From assembly GCA_041746255.1 (NCBI GenBank), contig JBGTHM010000099.1, positions 1-64,000 of the forward strand: a stretch of 64,000 nt of DNA. The letters run 5' to 3'. Both the position numbers and the translations under genes were made by a program. The first letter of the stretch is position 1, and every line of letters begins with the position of its first letter. The notes below the pieces were generated by a model that saw only the letters and a list, made by a program, of their open reading frames with translations, had not been told where the DNA came from and did no database searches. Source of the DNA: Fibrobacteria bacterium. GTDB taxonomy: Bacteria > Fibrobacterota > Fibrobacteria > UBA11236. Shown here piece after piece: positions 27,262-37,495 of this stretch.

Positions 27262-28242
27262 GTGCAATTTGCGCCGAATCCACCCGATCCCGATTTGTAC
27301 GATCTGGGTATCATCATTGTCAATTACAATACCCAAAATCTCGTCGAGGAATGCCTGGAAAGTATTTACCGGCACCTACTTGGAAAGCTTTCATTTGAAA
27401 TCATAGTAGTGGACAATAATTCGCAGGACGGCAGTCCCGACTTTCTCCGAAGTTATTCCGAAGGGAAGCCGGAATTAAAATTGGTGTTCTCTTCAAAAAA
27501 TCAGGGATTCGCGAAAGGGAATAACCTCGGACTCGAAAAGGTCAGGTCCCGATATATCCTTCTGTTGAATAGCGATGCATTCCTTATCGACGGTTCGCTA
27601 GTGCAGGCGATGGATTTCCTCGACAGCAATCCAAATGTATTTGGATGCGGCTGCCGGCTTCTGAATAGGGATGGTACGGTGGGTGTTTCCTATGGGGACT
27701 TTCCAAAAATCTTTACCGTTCTTAGGGAGATTTCGCGAAATCGGTTTAACAGCCTTAGAGCAAGGACCCCAACTCCAGGCGAGGCAGGTCATACGATCGA
27801 TTCCCCTTGTGGTGCATTTTTCCTAATCAATGGGAAATTGTTACATCAGGTAGGGCCCATGGATGATGGATTCTTCATGTATTTTGAAGAGACCGATTTG
27901 GCATTGCGTGCAAAAAAAGCAGGATACGGGATGCATTATTTGCCTCATGTAAACGCGGTGCATCTCGGAGGCGGAAGTTCCAGCGGTCATGCTGTCGGTC
28001 CGTTGACGGAAGTCTTCTATAGGAGCTGGCGGCGTTATCTTTTAAAGCATTCCGGCAATATCCAGTCTTGCTTAATGAAATGGACTCTCTCAGTCTTTTT
28101 TAAGTTAAAATTCGTGATTTGCCTATTGCGAAAAAGGAAGGCTCATGCGGCCTACTTCAGCGGACATGCGAGAGCCGTAGCGGCAGCCTGGAATGATCGT
28201 GAGATCAAGAATATGGCGGAAGGTCCGATTCCAGGTAATTGA
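27262..28242 (+). CDS. Glycosyltransferase family 2
   Basis: IIIVNYN, VVDNNSQDGS, GFAKGNNLG, LLLNSDA, FFMYFEETD, HLGGGS. GTG start at 27262 is inferred. Confidence 0.9.
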   Translation: MQFAPNPPDPDLYDLGIIIVNYNTQNLVEECLESIYRHLLGKLSFEIIVVDNNSQDGSPDFLRSYSEGKPELKLVFSSKNQGFAKGNNLGLEKVRSRYILLLNSDAFLIDGSLVQAMDFLDSNPNVFGCGCRLLNRDGTVGVSYGDFPKIFTVLREISRNRFNSLRARTPTPGEAGHTIDSPCGAFFLINGKLLHQVGPMDDGFFMYFEETDLALRAKKAGYGMHYLPHVNAVHLGGGSSSGHAVGPLTEVFYRSWRRYLLKHSGNIQSCLMKWTLSVFFKLKFVICLLRKRKAHAAYFSGHARAVAAAWNDREIKNMAEGPIPGN

Positions 28243-28248
28243 GGGTAA

Positions 28249-29691
28249 ATGCGAGTACTTCCCTCCTTAAAAAAAAATTACATCCTAACTCTCTTTTCTT
28301 CGTTCCTCAATTTTGGATACCCCCTGATAACCCTTGCTTTCCTGGCACGGATTGTGGGCGCGGAAAATCTCGGGAAGTTCTATTTCGCCAATGCGCTTGT
28401 AGCCTATTTCCTGCTGGGCGCGAGTTTGGGTATCCCGATTTATGGTTCTCGGGAAATTGCCAAGACTCGAGCTAATCTGGAAGCCGCTGCCGGTTTGTTT
28501 AGTGAATTATTTCTAATAAATCTTTGCTCTTCGTTGCTGGCATTCGCAACTTTGGCCTTGGCTGCTATTTACATTCCGCAACTTAGCGACCATTCCACGG
28601 TAATTTTAATTTTATCCATAATGTTGATTTCAAATATCTTTTCCGTTGATTTTGCATTTCATGGCATCGAGAATTACGCGAATCCCGCCTTTCGTGCTTT
28701 CATCACTAAATCAGTTTCCCTGCTGCTGATTTTTTTATTGGTGGGAAATCCGGATGATTATCTGATCTATGCGGGAATCGTTGTGATAGCCCATTTTGGT
28801 TATAATCTCCACGGATTTTTTTCGCTCCCATTTCGCATGAAGCTGCGTGGGCTTAATTTGGGCAGGCATTTCAAACGTATTTTAGTCGTATTCGGCTTGG
28901 CTCTGACAATCAACACCTATTTCAATCTTGATAGCGTGATGCTGGGTTTGATGTCCCACCCAGAAAGTGTCGCGTTGTACAATGTGGCCGTTAAAACAAA
29001 TAAGGTAGTGGTGATGTTACTTTTGGGAATCGGCGCAGTTGTTGTTCCGCGGGTTTCCTTCTACTTGAAGAGCGGAATGGAACGGGAATTCGCCGCACTA
29101 TCGCAAAAGTCTGTCGGATTAACTTATTTTGTCGCCTTACCGTCAATGGCCGGTATTTTTGTATTGGCTCCGGCGATCGTTCAGGTAGTGTTTGGCGAAG
29201 AATTCGCGCAATCAACACTAACAATGCGAATTTGCGCACCGCTCATAATTTTGGTCGGGCTGACAAGCTTTTTAAGTGTTCAAGTCTTATTTCCCATTGG
29301 ACGTGAAAAAGCCATATTGTATTCCGCCCTTGTTGCGGCAATTTCCAATTTGGGGCTCAATCTGATTTTGATCCCTAAATACGCTAATAATGGCGCCGCA
29401 ATCGCCACGGTTATAACGGAATTGATCGTGCTTCTTTTATTATTGCGGGTAGTTTCAAAGCTAAACCTGCCCTTCACACTGTTTGGCCGGCAGGCGCTAC
29501 GTTATTTTTTAGCCACAACTTTAATGGTCGGCGCTGTCCTGGGATGCGAGTATGCGCTCCCGGCAGGTCTTTTTTCGCTGGGAATATGTATTTCTGTCGG
29601 AATAGCCACTTACTTGGCGATTCTTCATCTTGCCAGAGACGATATTATGTTGGAGGTTATCGCGGTGATAAAACGAAAAATTGTTGCGTAA
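28249..29691 (+). CDS. wzx: Wzx-type polysaccharide flippase
   Basis: Many TM helices; PLITLAFLARIVG, LGIPIYGSREIA, LDSVMLG, NLILIPKY..GAAIAT. Confidence 0.9.
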   Translation: MRVLPSLKKNYILTLFSSFLNFGYPLITLAFLARIVGAENLGKFYFANALVAYFLLGASLGIPIYGSREIAKTRANLEAAAGLFSELFLINLCSSLLAFATLALAAIYIPQLSDHSTVILILSIMLISNIFSVDFAFHGIENYANPAFRAFITKSVSLLLIFLLVGNPDDYLIYAGIVVIAHFGYNLHGFFSLPFRMKLRGLNLGRHFKRILVVFGLALTINTYFNLDSVMLGLMSHPESVALYNVAVKTNKVVVMLLLGIGAVVVPRVSFYLKSGMEREFAALSQKSVGLTYFVALPSMAGIFVLAPAIVQVVFGEEFAQSTLTMRICAPLIILVGLTSFLSVQVLFPIGREKAILYSALVAAISNLGLNLILIPKYANNGAAIATVITELIVLLLLLRVVSKLNLPFTLFGRQALRYFLATTLMVGAVLGCEYALPAGLFSLGICISVGIATYLAILHLARDDIMLEVIAVIKRKIVA

Positions 29692-29695
29692 CAAC

Positions 29696-30472
29696 CTAAG
29701 TTTCCGCGCCGGATTTTATCAGTAAACCCTGACCACTGGGCAGATAGGCGATAGTTACTCCAAGTTCATCCGCAACCGAGGACATGGCTAGTCTTTGTGG
29801 TTCGAATCCCGAATATGCGAAGTCGTCAAGTAATATATGAGCTCCAGGCGAAAGTTTCGGCCAGAAAAAACGGAGGGCGGCCACTTCGGGAAGGGCGCAG
29901 TTCAAATCGATATGGAGAAAGGCCACGCTTGATGCAGGAACCGAGTCCAGGATATCTGGAATCACTCCCTTAATAACGATTGCCTTCTTCCATTCAGCGA
30001 AATTGCGTTTTACCTCCTCAAATGTATAGTCCAGGCCTCCCAAAGACCGAAGCTTGTCGAAAAATTCCTTGCGGCCATCTTCAATTTCCTGGGTATTCAA
30101 TTGGGAAAGTACTGGCCCCGTGAAAGTATCTATCAGGTAAAACCTTTTGTCGATAGAATTCCAGTCGAGGTATTGCATAATCGACGATGCCATGAAGCCG
30201 ACATTAGTACCACATTCGACAAAATCACCAGGAATTTTTGAGGCATTTACGGCGCACCATATTCCAATATGGATTCGCCATTCATGCATGGGGTCATTCC
30301 CACGAGTGGTTTGGAGCCCCCTTTCGTAAGCCTGCCGAAATCTGCGATCAGTTCGGAATGCATCGCTATGATAAGTAAATAGGCCATCCTGATCGTAATT
30401 GGAGCGAAAAGGCATTACCCGAATGCCTTTACTTTTGAGGTAAGTTTTGATCAATTTCCGGAATGAATTCAA
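29696..30472 (-). CDS. TylF/MycF/NovP-family O-methyltransferase
   Basis: PGDFVECGTNVG, FYLIDTFTG, VAFLHIDLN, LSPGAHILLDD. Confidence 0.88.
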   Translation of the reverse strand: MNSFRKLIKTYLKSKGIRVMPFRSNYDQDGLFTYHSDAFRTDRRFRQAYERGLQTTRGNDPMHEWRIHIGIWCAVNASKIPGDFVECGTNVGFMASSIMQYLDWNSIDKRFYLIDTFTGPVLSQLNTQEIEDGRKEFFDKLRSLGGLDYTFEEVKRNFAEWKKAIVIKGVIPDILDSVPASSVAFLHIDLNCALPEVAALRFFWPKLSPGAHILLDDFAYSGFEPQRLAMSSVADELGVTIAYLPSGQGLLIKSGAET

Positions 30473-30498
30473 TCGGGCTCCCGTACTGGATAATACGG

Positions 30499-31779
30499 CT
30501 AAAATAGACGTATTCGTTTAAAGGTAATGGCCATCATTAAGAGGTTAAGATAAATGTACCAGAACTCCCAAAGGGGCACATGGTAGCTCAAAAGGATTAT
30601 TCCGACAATTATACCCCAGATGCCCAGAAGAAATACGGACGGTTGCCTGATGAAATTCTGATAAAAAATCGATAGGAAAATACCTCCAAACAGGGACAGG
30701 AGGAATACGCCGGTGATTCCAAAATCCTTGTATAAATGCCAGACGTAAATGGTGGTATTCAATCCTTTTACGAGTTGAATAGACTCGTTCATAATGGTGT
30801 CAAAGCCGTAACCGAGGTCCAGCGTACCCTCCAGGCGGGTAAGGTACAACGGGGCACGAAACAATCCTACGCCGTATTGAAATGGATAGTAATTGTCTCC
30901 TTCCACAAATTTCCTGACGGCAAAGTCGAAGTTCCAGAAATTATTTGCCACGTAGGCGTAAATGTTCGAGGCCCACGCGATATTTTTCGGAAGTTTTATT
31001 TTAACCATTTCATTAAACGTGCCCACGGCATCCAGGTTGGCGCGTACGAAGAAAGCGGCCAGGAAAAGGATAAGCAATACAAGGAAGCCGGAAACGATAT
31101 GTTTGAGGTTCAAATTTTTAGACGCGTAGTGGTAAATTACGACAAAGAAAATGATGAACCGAAACAAATCGAAGCGTGTCACCAAGGTAAGGAATAGCAG
31201 AAGCGTCAGCGTGAATGCGAATATACAGGTTCGTTTTTTCACCTTGGAAATTCGACCCAAGAATAATATTTGCGCTGCTATCATCATGCTTATAGGGCCA
31301 AAGAATAATCCATGGCTGGTTGGCCCGGTTGCCAGAAAAAAACGGATTCGAGACTTATCTGGGTTACTTGAAAACATGGGGATTTCCCCGGTAATCGCAT
31401 AGGATACGAGAAAGCTTATGATGAATATGGAAAAGGAAACGAAAAAGACCCTGTAAACCCAGGTCCAATCGACTGTCTCCGCATCGGCGTGCAGCCGATC
31501 CTTTAATTCTTTAAAACTAAACGTCCAGCCGGTATTTTGGGCCGAAGCAACCAGAGATCCGGCTATGTTGCCGAATAGGAACATTCCTGTCGCCCCATAG
31601 AATAATATTGAAGAGGTTGTCGACCATGGAGTTTGCAACCTGCTGAGGTTGAGGGAGTATACAACCAAGAGCAGAGAATAGACGCCAAGGTATATGCGTG
31701 AAGGCGAGACCAGATCCTGTCTAAGGTAAATCGCACTAAAAATGACTATTAATAGTATGGATAAGTATACCAGGGTCAT
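30499..31779 (-). CDS. wzy: Wzy-type polysaccharide polymerase
   Basis: About 10-11 TM helices, large loop ending NTTIYVWHLYKDFGITG; lies within the polysaccharide locus. Confidence 0.75.
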   Translation of the reverse strand: MTLVYLSILLIVIFSAIYLRQDLVSPSRIYLGVYSLLLVVYSLNLSRLQTPWSTTSSILFYGATGMFLFGNIAGSLVASAQNTGWTFSFKELKDRLHADAETVDWTWVYRVFFVSFSIFIISFLVSYAITGEIPMFSSNPDKSRIRFFLATGPTSHGLFFGPISMMIAAQILFLGRISKVKKRTCIFAFTLTLLLFLTLVTRFDLFRFIIFFVVIYHYASKNLNLKHIVSGFLVLLILFLAAFFVRANLDAVGTFNEMVKIKLPKNIAWASNIYAYVANNFWNFDFAVRKFVEGDNYYPFQYGVGLFRAPLYLTRLEGTLDLGYGFDTIMNESIQLVKGLNTTIYVWHLYKDFGITGVFLLSLFGGIFLSIFYQNFIRQPSVFLLGIWGIIVGIILLSYHVPLWEFWYIYLNLLMMAITFKRIRLF

Positions 31780-32221
31780 AATTAATTGTGAAAATACATC
31801 GGGTGAAAGTTCATCGGGGGGACGGCGGGATTATTCCAGTAGTTAGTAGATTTTTGGCATATGCAAGTATACCTGGAAAAGGCGTATATTTTCGGATTAC
31901 ATTTGGGAAACCGCCCCGAAAAGATACAAATTCTGCATATAATAGACAAAATCGGATTATGAGCCAGGTATAGACGTTTGAAGCAGATGATCGGGATGGC
32001 CAAAACGCGAGGGTGTAAAAAGTTCCAATCCTCAAGGCGGAATCAGTAGGATTAAGGAACCTTGAGGGTTTTCACACGACTATCCAATTTGATTACGAAG
32101 ATTTCAAATCCGTTCTACTCAACGTTTTGGGACCCATTCCTGGCTCGCTACTATCTTGATTTGATGCAATAAAGCTTAGCCGAAAAAAGAAATTCCATTT
32201 AAAACAACTTGGACATCTACC

Positions 32222-32695
32222 TTATTCGACTAATGAATAATTGAGTTTACCAATTGAATGTAACGAATCTCCGAATTCACCTATATCCAATTTTCTCCGA
32301 TTTTTATCGTAGATTCCGCTACTATTGATGGATAAAATCAATTCTCTGGGTAGAGTCATGCCGAGGGTATGGAGGAAAGTCAGGGATGCGCAATTGTCTA
32401 CATCGGAGTAACGACTCTGCATGTTTACATATGCTCCGGGATACATATTTGAGTCCAGATACATCATCGAAATCGGACCATCATAGCCGTATAGGGATGG
32501 ACTGTCGATATAAATTTTTTCAGAAAAGCATATTTTTAAGGTGTCTCCAAGGCCGATTTCTGAATTTGGCCCAGGGGAAACGGAGAAAATCGACAACTGT
32601 GATTTTTTTCCTTCTTCGGGAGAGGTTTCGCAACCAACAAGTGCAAGTACAAGTACAAGGAACGAAATAGCTAATAACCTGTTTTTACCGTTCAT
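32222..32695 (-). CDS. Hypothetical lipoprotein, possible bacterial Ig-like (Big_5) domain
   Basis: Lipobox LVGC; IFSVSPGPN..LKICFSEKI pattern; AT-rich. Confidence 0.55.
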   Translation of the reverse strand: MNGKNRLLAISFLVLVLALVGCETSPEEGKKSQLSIFSVSPGPNSEIGLGDTLKICFSEKIYIDSPSLYGYDGPISMMYLDSNMYPGAYVNMQSRYSDVDNCASLTFLHTLGMTLPRELILSINSSGIYDKNRRKLDIGEFGDSLHSIGKLNYSLVE

Positions 32696-32963
32696 ATTTT
32701 TTCCGATTAGCGTGAAGGATTACAAATTATGGCAAACTTGTACCTTTGTCAATACCATTAAATATGATGCTTTTTCCAATCGGAGGGGATTTTCTGCCGA
32801 GTTCTGGTTCGAATGCAAACTACTTCCCCGACTGGATTAAGGGTATGGAAGTATCTATCCTAAAAAAACCAAAACGAGACAATGAAGGCTTAATGAACAA
32901 AGCCAGCTTGTCTGATGACAGTTAGGGTGTTATTTTACTTATTTTGAGGAAAATTCCAGAGAT

Positions 32964-33539
32964 ATGGAAATCCCCCCCGGCTTTGGATGGCTTAAGGCAG
33001 TGAGTGCGGCCTGGGCCTTCTACCTCTATAATCATGTTGTAACCAAGCTTCCCTTTTATAACCTCAGGCGCATATACCTGACCCGTGTCCTGAGCATGTC
33101 GATACACCCTACTGTCGCGGTGCATATGGGCTGTTTTTTCACTGGGAGGCTGGTCAAGATTGGAGCCGGAACAGTTCTGAACCGTGGCTGTTATGTGGAT
33201 GGCCGTGCGGGAATGGAAATCGGCGAGAATGTCAGTATCTCTCCCTATACCTACCTACTCTCCCTTTCCCATGACCCCCAATCTCCCGTCTTCTCCACCG
33301 TCGCAAAACCCGTCCGCATCGGTTCCTTTGTCTGGATTGGAGCGCGGGGCATGGTACTCCCCGGATCGAATATCGGTGAGGGTGCCGTAATCGGTGCCGG
33401 TTCCGTGGTTACTTGCGACATCGAACCCTACGCAATCGCCGTAGGTGCCCCGGCCAAGAAAGTAGGCGAAAGAAATCGCGGCTTGAACTATTCTTTGGGC
33501 TATTTTCCCCTGCTGGATACGGACATTTTGCTCCCGTGA
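32964..33539 (+). CDS. Left-handed beta-helix O-acyltransferase (WcaF/Maa-like)
   Basis: Hexapeptide repeats, [29 protein letters not shown]. Confidence 0.9.
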   Translation: MEIPPGFGWLKAVSAAWAFYLYNHVVTKLPFYNLRRIYLTRVLSMSIHPTVAVHMGCFFTGRLVKIGAGTVLNRGCYVDGRAGMEIGENVSISPYTYLLSLSHDPQSPVFSTVAKPVRIGSFVWIGARGMVLPGSNIGEGAVIGAGSVVTCDIEPYAIAVGAPAKKVGERNRGLNYSLGYFPLLDTDILLP

Positions 33540-34711
33540 AAATCCTGTTCATTTCCTCCATGTTTTTGTTCCGTGAGAGTCGATTCGGGGGGGCTAAGCG
33601 ACTTTATTATCTGGCTAAGGAATTGGAGAAACGAGCGGAGTTGCATGTATTATGCCTGGATGTTTGTCACGAAAGCGAGGCGGCAGCGTGTTTTGGGCCC
33701 GAATTTGCAAACTTATACTCAATTCCCCTCGATTTTAATGAAAAGAATGGTTTTTTCTCCCTCAGCCTTCCCATAAATCTTTCACCAAAATTAGACAAAG
33801 TCAAAGCAACATGGTTTCCATACGTCGATACCTCTTTCGATGCCGTAGTATTGGCCTATCCCGCAGCTTTGTCTTTCCTGGAAAAGGGATTGGTTAAATT
33901 GCCTGCGAATAGGTTGTATATCGAAGACGACCTGCCTTTGGAAACTTATCGGAAGGATTTCGCTTCCGGAAATCCGCTTCCGAAACGGATTTATAAATAC
34001 CTTCGGTACCTTCAATTGTACGCCTACTATCGTAAACGGCTTCGAGAGGTGCGGACGTTCGTGGCTATTTCCCGGGAAGAGGAGCAAATTGTCAAAAAGG
34101 ATTTCCCCGGCATCAAAACAATCGTGATGAAATATGGGTTACCAAAATCGGAGATTCCCGAACGGATGAAAAACGCGAAGAGAGCCAGGCTCGGTTTCAT
34201 CGGGAATTTCCAGCACCCACCGAATCTGGACGCCATGCTTTGGTTGCTCGAATCATTATTCCCTTATCTGCACCGCAACCATCCAAACCTTAGTTTAATC
34301 ATCGCCGGTCGCTATATACCCGAGCATTTGATTCAGCATCATGCGGTTCGGGATGGGGTTGAGTTTATGGAAAGCCCCGAATCCCTGAACATTTTTTACG
34401 ATAACATCGGAATTTTTATCAACCCCATCCGGACGGGTCGTGGAATGCGCACCAAAGTGGTCGAGGCCGCTGCATATGGCAAGCCCATCGTTTCCACCGT
34501 ATTAGGCGCGGAGGGTATGGAAGACCTTCGCATCCGTAAAGTGGACAATGAGGTCGGAATATTAGCGGAGGTGGAAAAATTACAGGACCCCAATGAATGG
34601 GAAAATGATTCCGATTTTAATTACCACCGTATCCGAGAGTTTTATACCCAAGAAGCAATGGCGGATTCCCTTTGGCGCGGGATTGAACCCGATTTTCCGA
34701 ATCGGCAGTGA
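33536..34711 (+). CDS. Glycosyltransferase family 4
   Basis: [43 protein letters not shown] at 33536 overlaps the upstream stop. Confidence 0.88.
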   Translation: MKILFISSMFLFRESRFGGAKRLYYLAKELEKRAELHVLCLDVCHESEAAACFGPEFANLYSIPLDFNEKNGFFSLSLPINLSPKLDKVKATWFPYVDTSFDAVVLAYPAALSFLEKGLVKLPANRLYIEDDLPLETYRKDFASGNPLPKRIYKYLRYLQLYAYYRKRLREVRTFVAISREEEQIVKKDFPGIKTIVMKYGLPKSEIPERMKNAKRARLGFIGNFQHPPNLDAMLWLLESLFPYLHRNHPNLSLIIAGRYIPEHLIQHHAVRDGVEFMESPESLNIFYDNIGIFINPIRTGRGMRTKVVEAAAYGKPIVSTVLGAEGMEDLRIRKVDNEVGILAEVEKLQDPNEWENDSDFNYHRIREFYTQEAMADSLWRGIEPDFPNRQ

Positions 34712-34768
34712 AACGGCTTCAGAATTTGCGTACGGTCGGAATGTATTTTTAGCGATTCGAAATAGCCT

Positions 34769-35692
34769 ATGCCAGCAGTCGTATCGATCATCATCGTAAC
34801 TTGGAATACCCGGGATCTCACTCTGGCCGCGGTGGAATCCGTGATCAAGCATGAGGTATCCGTACCTTATGAAATTTTGGTAGTGGATAACGCCTCCAGC
34901 GATGGGACGGCGGACTTGTTGCGTTCCCGCTACCCCGATGTCCGGGTGCTGGAAAATCGGGAGAATGTGGGTTTTGCAAACGCGAATAATATCGGCGTCA
35001 AGGCGGCGAACGGTGAGTTCGTGCTTTTGCTGAATAGCGATGCCTACTTAATCGAGGAGATATTGCCGGAATGTCTGAGCCTTTTTCAACGAATGCCAGG
35101 GGCTGGAATTCTCGCCCTTCGCTTGAACAACAGCGATGGCTCTCTGCAACCGGGAGTATTTCGATTTCCCACGCTCTTTTCGGCATTCACAGAAATTTTC
35201 CATACGACATCGGGAATAACCCGAGATATGACTCGTTTTCAATTAAACTTGGACAAGGCCCTTAACCGAGTGGATTGGGCGACGGGCGCATTTTTGATGG
35301 TCCGGAAAACAGATTATTTGCGTGTCGGGGGAATGGATGAATCCATTTTCATGTATGCGGAAGACATTGATTTCTGCCGTAGAAGCCTTTCTCAAGGAAT
35401 ACCCTGCTTCTATGCCCCAGGAAAAAGCCTTGTGCATTTAGGCGGAGGCAGCCAGGGAAAATCAATCCAACAGACGTTGTTACTGACTGATAACGGGAGG
35501 ATGGCTTATTGGAAAAAGTGGCATGGTCCTTTTTCTTCTTTGCTATTACGGAAAAATTTTATACTGCGGTCTTTGATTCGAGGAATAGTCCTGGTTGGAT
35601 ACAGTCAACTTCAACGGAATCCACTGGTGGAACTCAAAGGCAAGGCGCATTTGCGACATGCGTTATACTTGTTAAGGCATTTGCATGGATAA
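34769..35692 (+). CDS. Glycosyltransferase family 2
   Basis: SIIIVTWN, VVDNASSDG, GFANANNIG, LLNSDA, FMYAEDID. Confidence 0.92.
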   Translation: MPAVVSIIIVTWNTRDLTLAAVESVIKHEVSVPYEILVVDNASSDGTADLLRSRYPDVRVLENRENVGFANANNIGVKAANGEFVLLLNSDAYLIEEILPECLSLFQRMPGAGILALRLNNSDGSLQPGVFRFPTLFSAFTEIFHTTSGITRDMTRFQLNLDKALNRVDWATGAFLMVRKTDYLRVGGMDESIFMYAEDIDFCRRSLSQGIPCFYAPGKSLVHLGGGSQGKSIQQTLLLTDNGRMAYWKKWHGPFSSLLLRKNFILRSLIRGIVLVGYSQLQRNPLVELKGKAHLRHALYLLRHLHG

Positions 35693-36752
35693 GATTCTTT
35701 TCGATGGCCGATGGATTTTGCCAGAGCGTACGGGAGTGGGAAATTTCGCCCTGAACTTGATTCGTGCTTTAGGCGATACGGGCAGACCTATCGGGGTCGT
35801 TCTCAGCAAGAATGCGCCGTCCTTCGCACTACCCGAAAACGTAACGGTATTTCACACCGGAGTCGATATTCGGAATCATCCGCTGACGGAGTTGTTCGAA
35901 CAGGTTTGGATTCCCTGGTTGTGTTATCGTTTCGGGTATACGCGATTTGTATCTCTGGAAGGAAGGGCGCCGATTTTTCACCCGGGAATCAGGACTTTTC
36001 CGTTTATTTATGATATTTCTTTTTTGCAGGTCAAAGGATCGTATGGTTTTAAATACAGACTATTTCTTTTCGCCAATTTGGTGATCAGTCGACTTTTCGC
36101 CACCCGCATCTTAACCATTTCCAAGTCGGTACGTCGCGAGATAGGCAGTGCGGTAAGAATTCACCCGGGGAAAATCGCGATTATCACTCCGTCCCACAGC
36201 AACTTGGAATTGGAGATTCGTCCAGACGGTGTGGATGGGAAAACACCGTTCTTCCTTGGCATTGGTTTTACCAACCCAAGGAAGAACCTAGAGCCATTGA
36301 TTCGCGCATTTAATCGAGTGTATATCGAGAATCCAAATGTCGCATTGATGTTGACCGGAGATAAAGGATTCATTGAGGGTTATGCCGGGGAATTACCGGG
36401 TATTCGAAACTTAGGATTTGTAAAGGATTCCGAATTGGCATGGCTTTACCGGAATGCTACCGCATTGGTATTTCCTTCCTTGAACGAAGGGTTTGGAATT
36501 CCCTTGCTGGATGCCATGCGCTTCAAATGCCCAATTATATGTTCCGATATTGCCGTATTTCGAGAGGTAGCCGGTGATTATGCGGATTATTTTAATCCGG
36601 CGTCTCCGGCGGACATTTCCGATAAAATGGAATCCATACTGAAATCACATACGGTAAATCATCGCTCTTCATCGAACGCTCTCCGGTTCTCCTGGGAAGT
36701 TTCCGCTGAAAAATTGCTTGCGTTTGTCGAAACACTTAACGTTGAGGAATAA
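35685..36752 (+). CDS. Glycosyltransferase family 4 (mannosyltransferase-like)
   Basis: TGVGNF, PRKNL, VFPSLNEGFGIPLLDAM, FSWE. Confidence 0.92.
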   Translation: MDKILFDGRWILPERTGVGNFALNLIRALGDTGRPIGVVLSKNAPSFALPENVTVFHTGVDIRNHPLTELFEQVWIPWLCYRFGYTRFVSLEGRAPIFHPGIRTFPFIYDISFLQVKGSYGFKYRLFLFANLVISRLFATRILTISKSVRREIGSAVRIHPGKIAIITPSHSNLELEIRPDGVDGKTPFFLGIGFTNPRKNLEPLIRAFNRVYIENPNVALMLTGDKGFIEGYAGELPGIRNLGFVKDSELAWLYRNATALVFPSLNEGFGIPLLDAMRFKCPIICSDIAVFREVAGDYADYFNPASPADISDKMESILKSHTVNHRSSSNALRFSWEVSAEKLLAFVETLNVEE

Positions 36753-36754
36753 CC

Positions 36755-37495
36755 ATGGGTCTGGAAATTAATATCAATCGGGAAAATTATCCCGATTTCC
36801 GTGCATACCTTGGTGAGCAAGAATACCGGCTTTTAAAGGATGTGATTGCGAGCTTGATTGAGAAAAATTGCATTCGGAAGGAGAATTTACTTGATTTAGC
36901 CTGTTGGGATGGCGAGTCAACCCGGTATTACGGTGACCGGCTTGGGATTAAAGATTTACATGGCATTGACTTTTTCGAAGAACAAATCGAAAAAGCGAAA
37001 GGCCGGGGCGTGAAGGTGCTGAAATGCGATTTGGAAGCGGAAATCTTTCCCATTGATGATGCCGTTTTCGATATAGTGGTTGCCAACCAAATTTTTGAGC
37101 ATTTGAAGCAAATTTACAGGCCCTTATCGGAAATCCACCGGGTGTTAAGGCCTGGTGGACATCTCCTATTCAGTGTGCCCAATCTATCCGCATTGCATTG
37201 CCGATTGCAACTGCTATTGGGAATTCAGCCGAGTACCATCAAATTATTCGATGCTCATGTTCGCGGATTCACTCCATCCGCCACCCGGGATTTTCTGACC
37301 TTGAATAACCTGTTCGAAGTGGTGGAATACCGTGGATCGGGATTTTATCCTTTCCCGCCGCCCTTGTCGAAGCGGTTGTCCGCGCTATTTCCCCGATTCG
37401 CGGTGTATCAAGTCTATCTACTGCGAAAAACCAACAGTAAGGGGAAAACCTGGCAACAGGAAATCGCGGAAAAGCCCTTGCAGACGACTTATTGA
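36755..37495 (+). CDS. Class I SAM-dependent methyltransferase
   Basis: LLDLACWDG, FDIVVANQIFEHL, EIHRVLRPGG..SVPN. Confidence 0.88.
   Translation: MGLEININRENYPDFRAYLGEQEYRLLKDVIASLIEKNCIRKENLLDLACWDGESTRYYGDRLGIKDLHGIDFFEEQIEKAKGRGVKVLKCDLEAEIFPIDDAVFDIVVANQIFEHLKQIYRPLSEIHRVLRPGGHLLFSVPNLSALHCRLQLLLGIQPSTIKLFDAHVRGFTPSATRDFLTLNNLFEVVEYRGSGFYPFPPPLSKRLSALFPRFAVYQVYLLRKTNSKGKTWQQEIAEKPLQTTY

Noticed and set aside
32638..32660. CAAGTR microrepeat as a phase-variation tract
   Set aside because: Short and imperfect; it simply encodes the LV-rich signal peptide.
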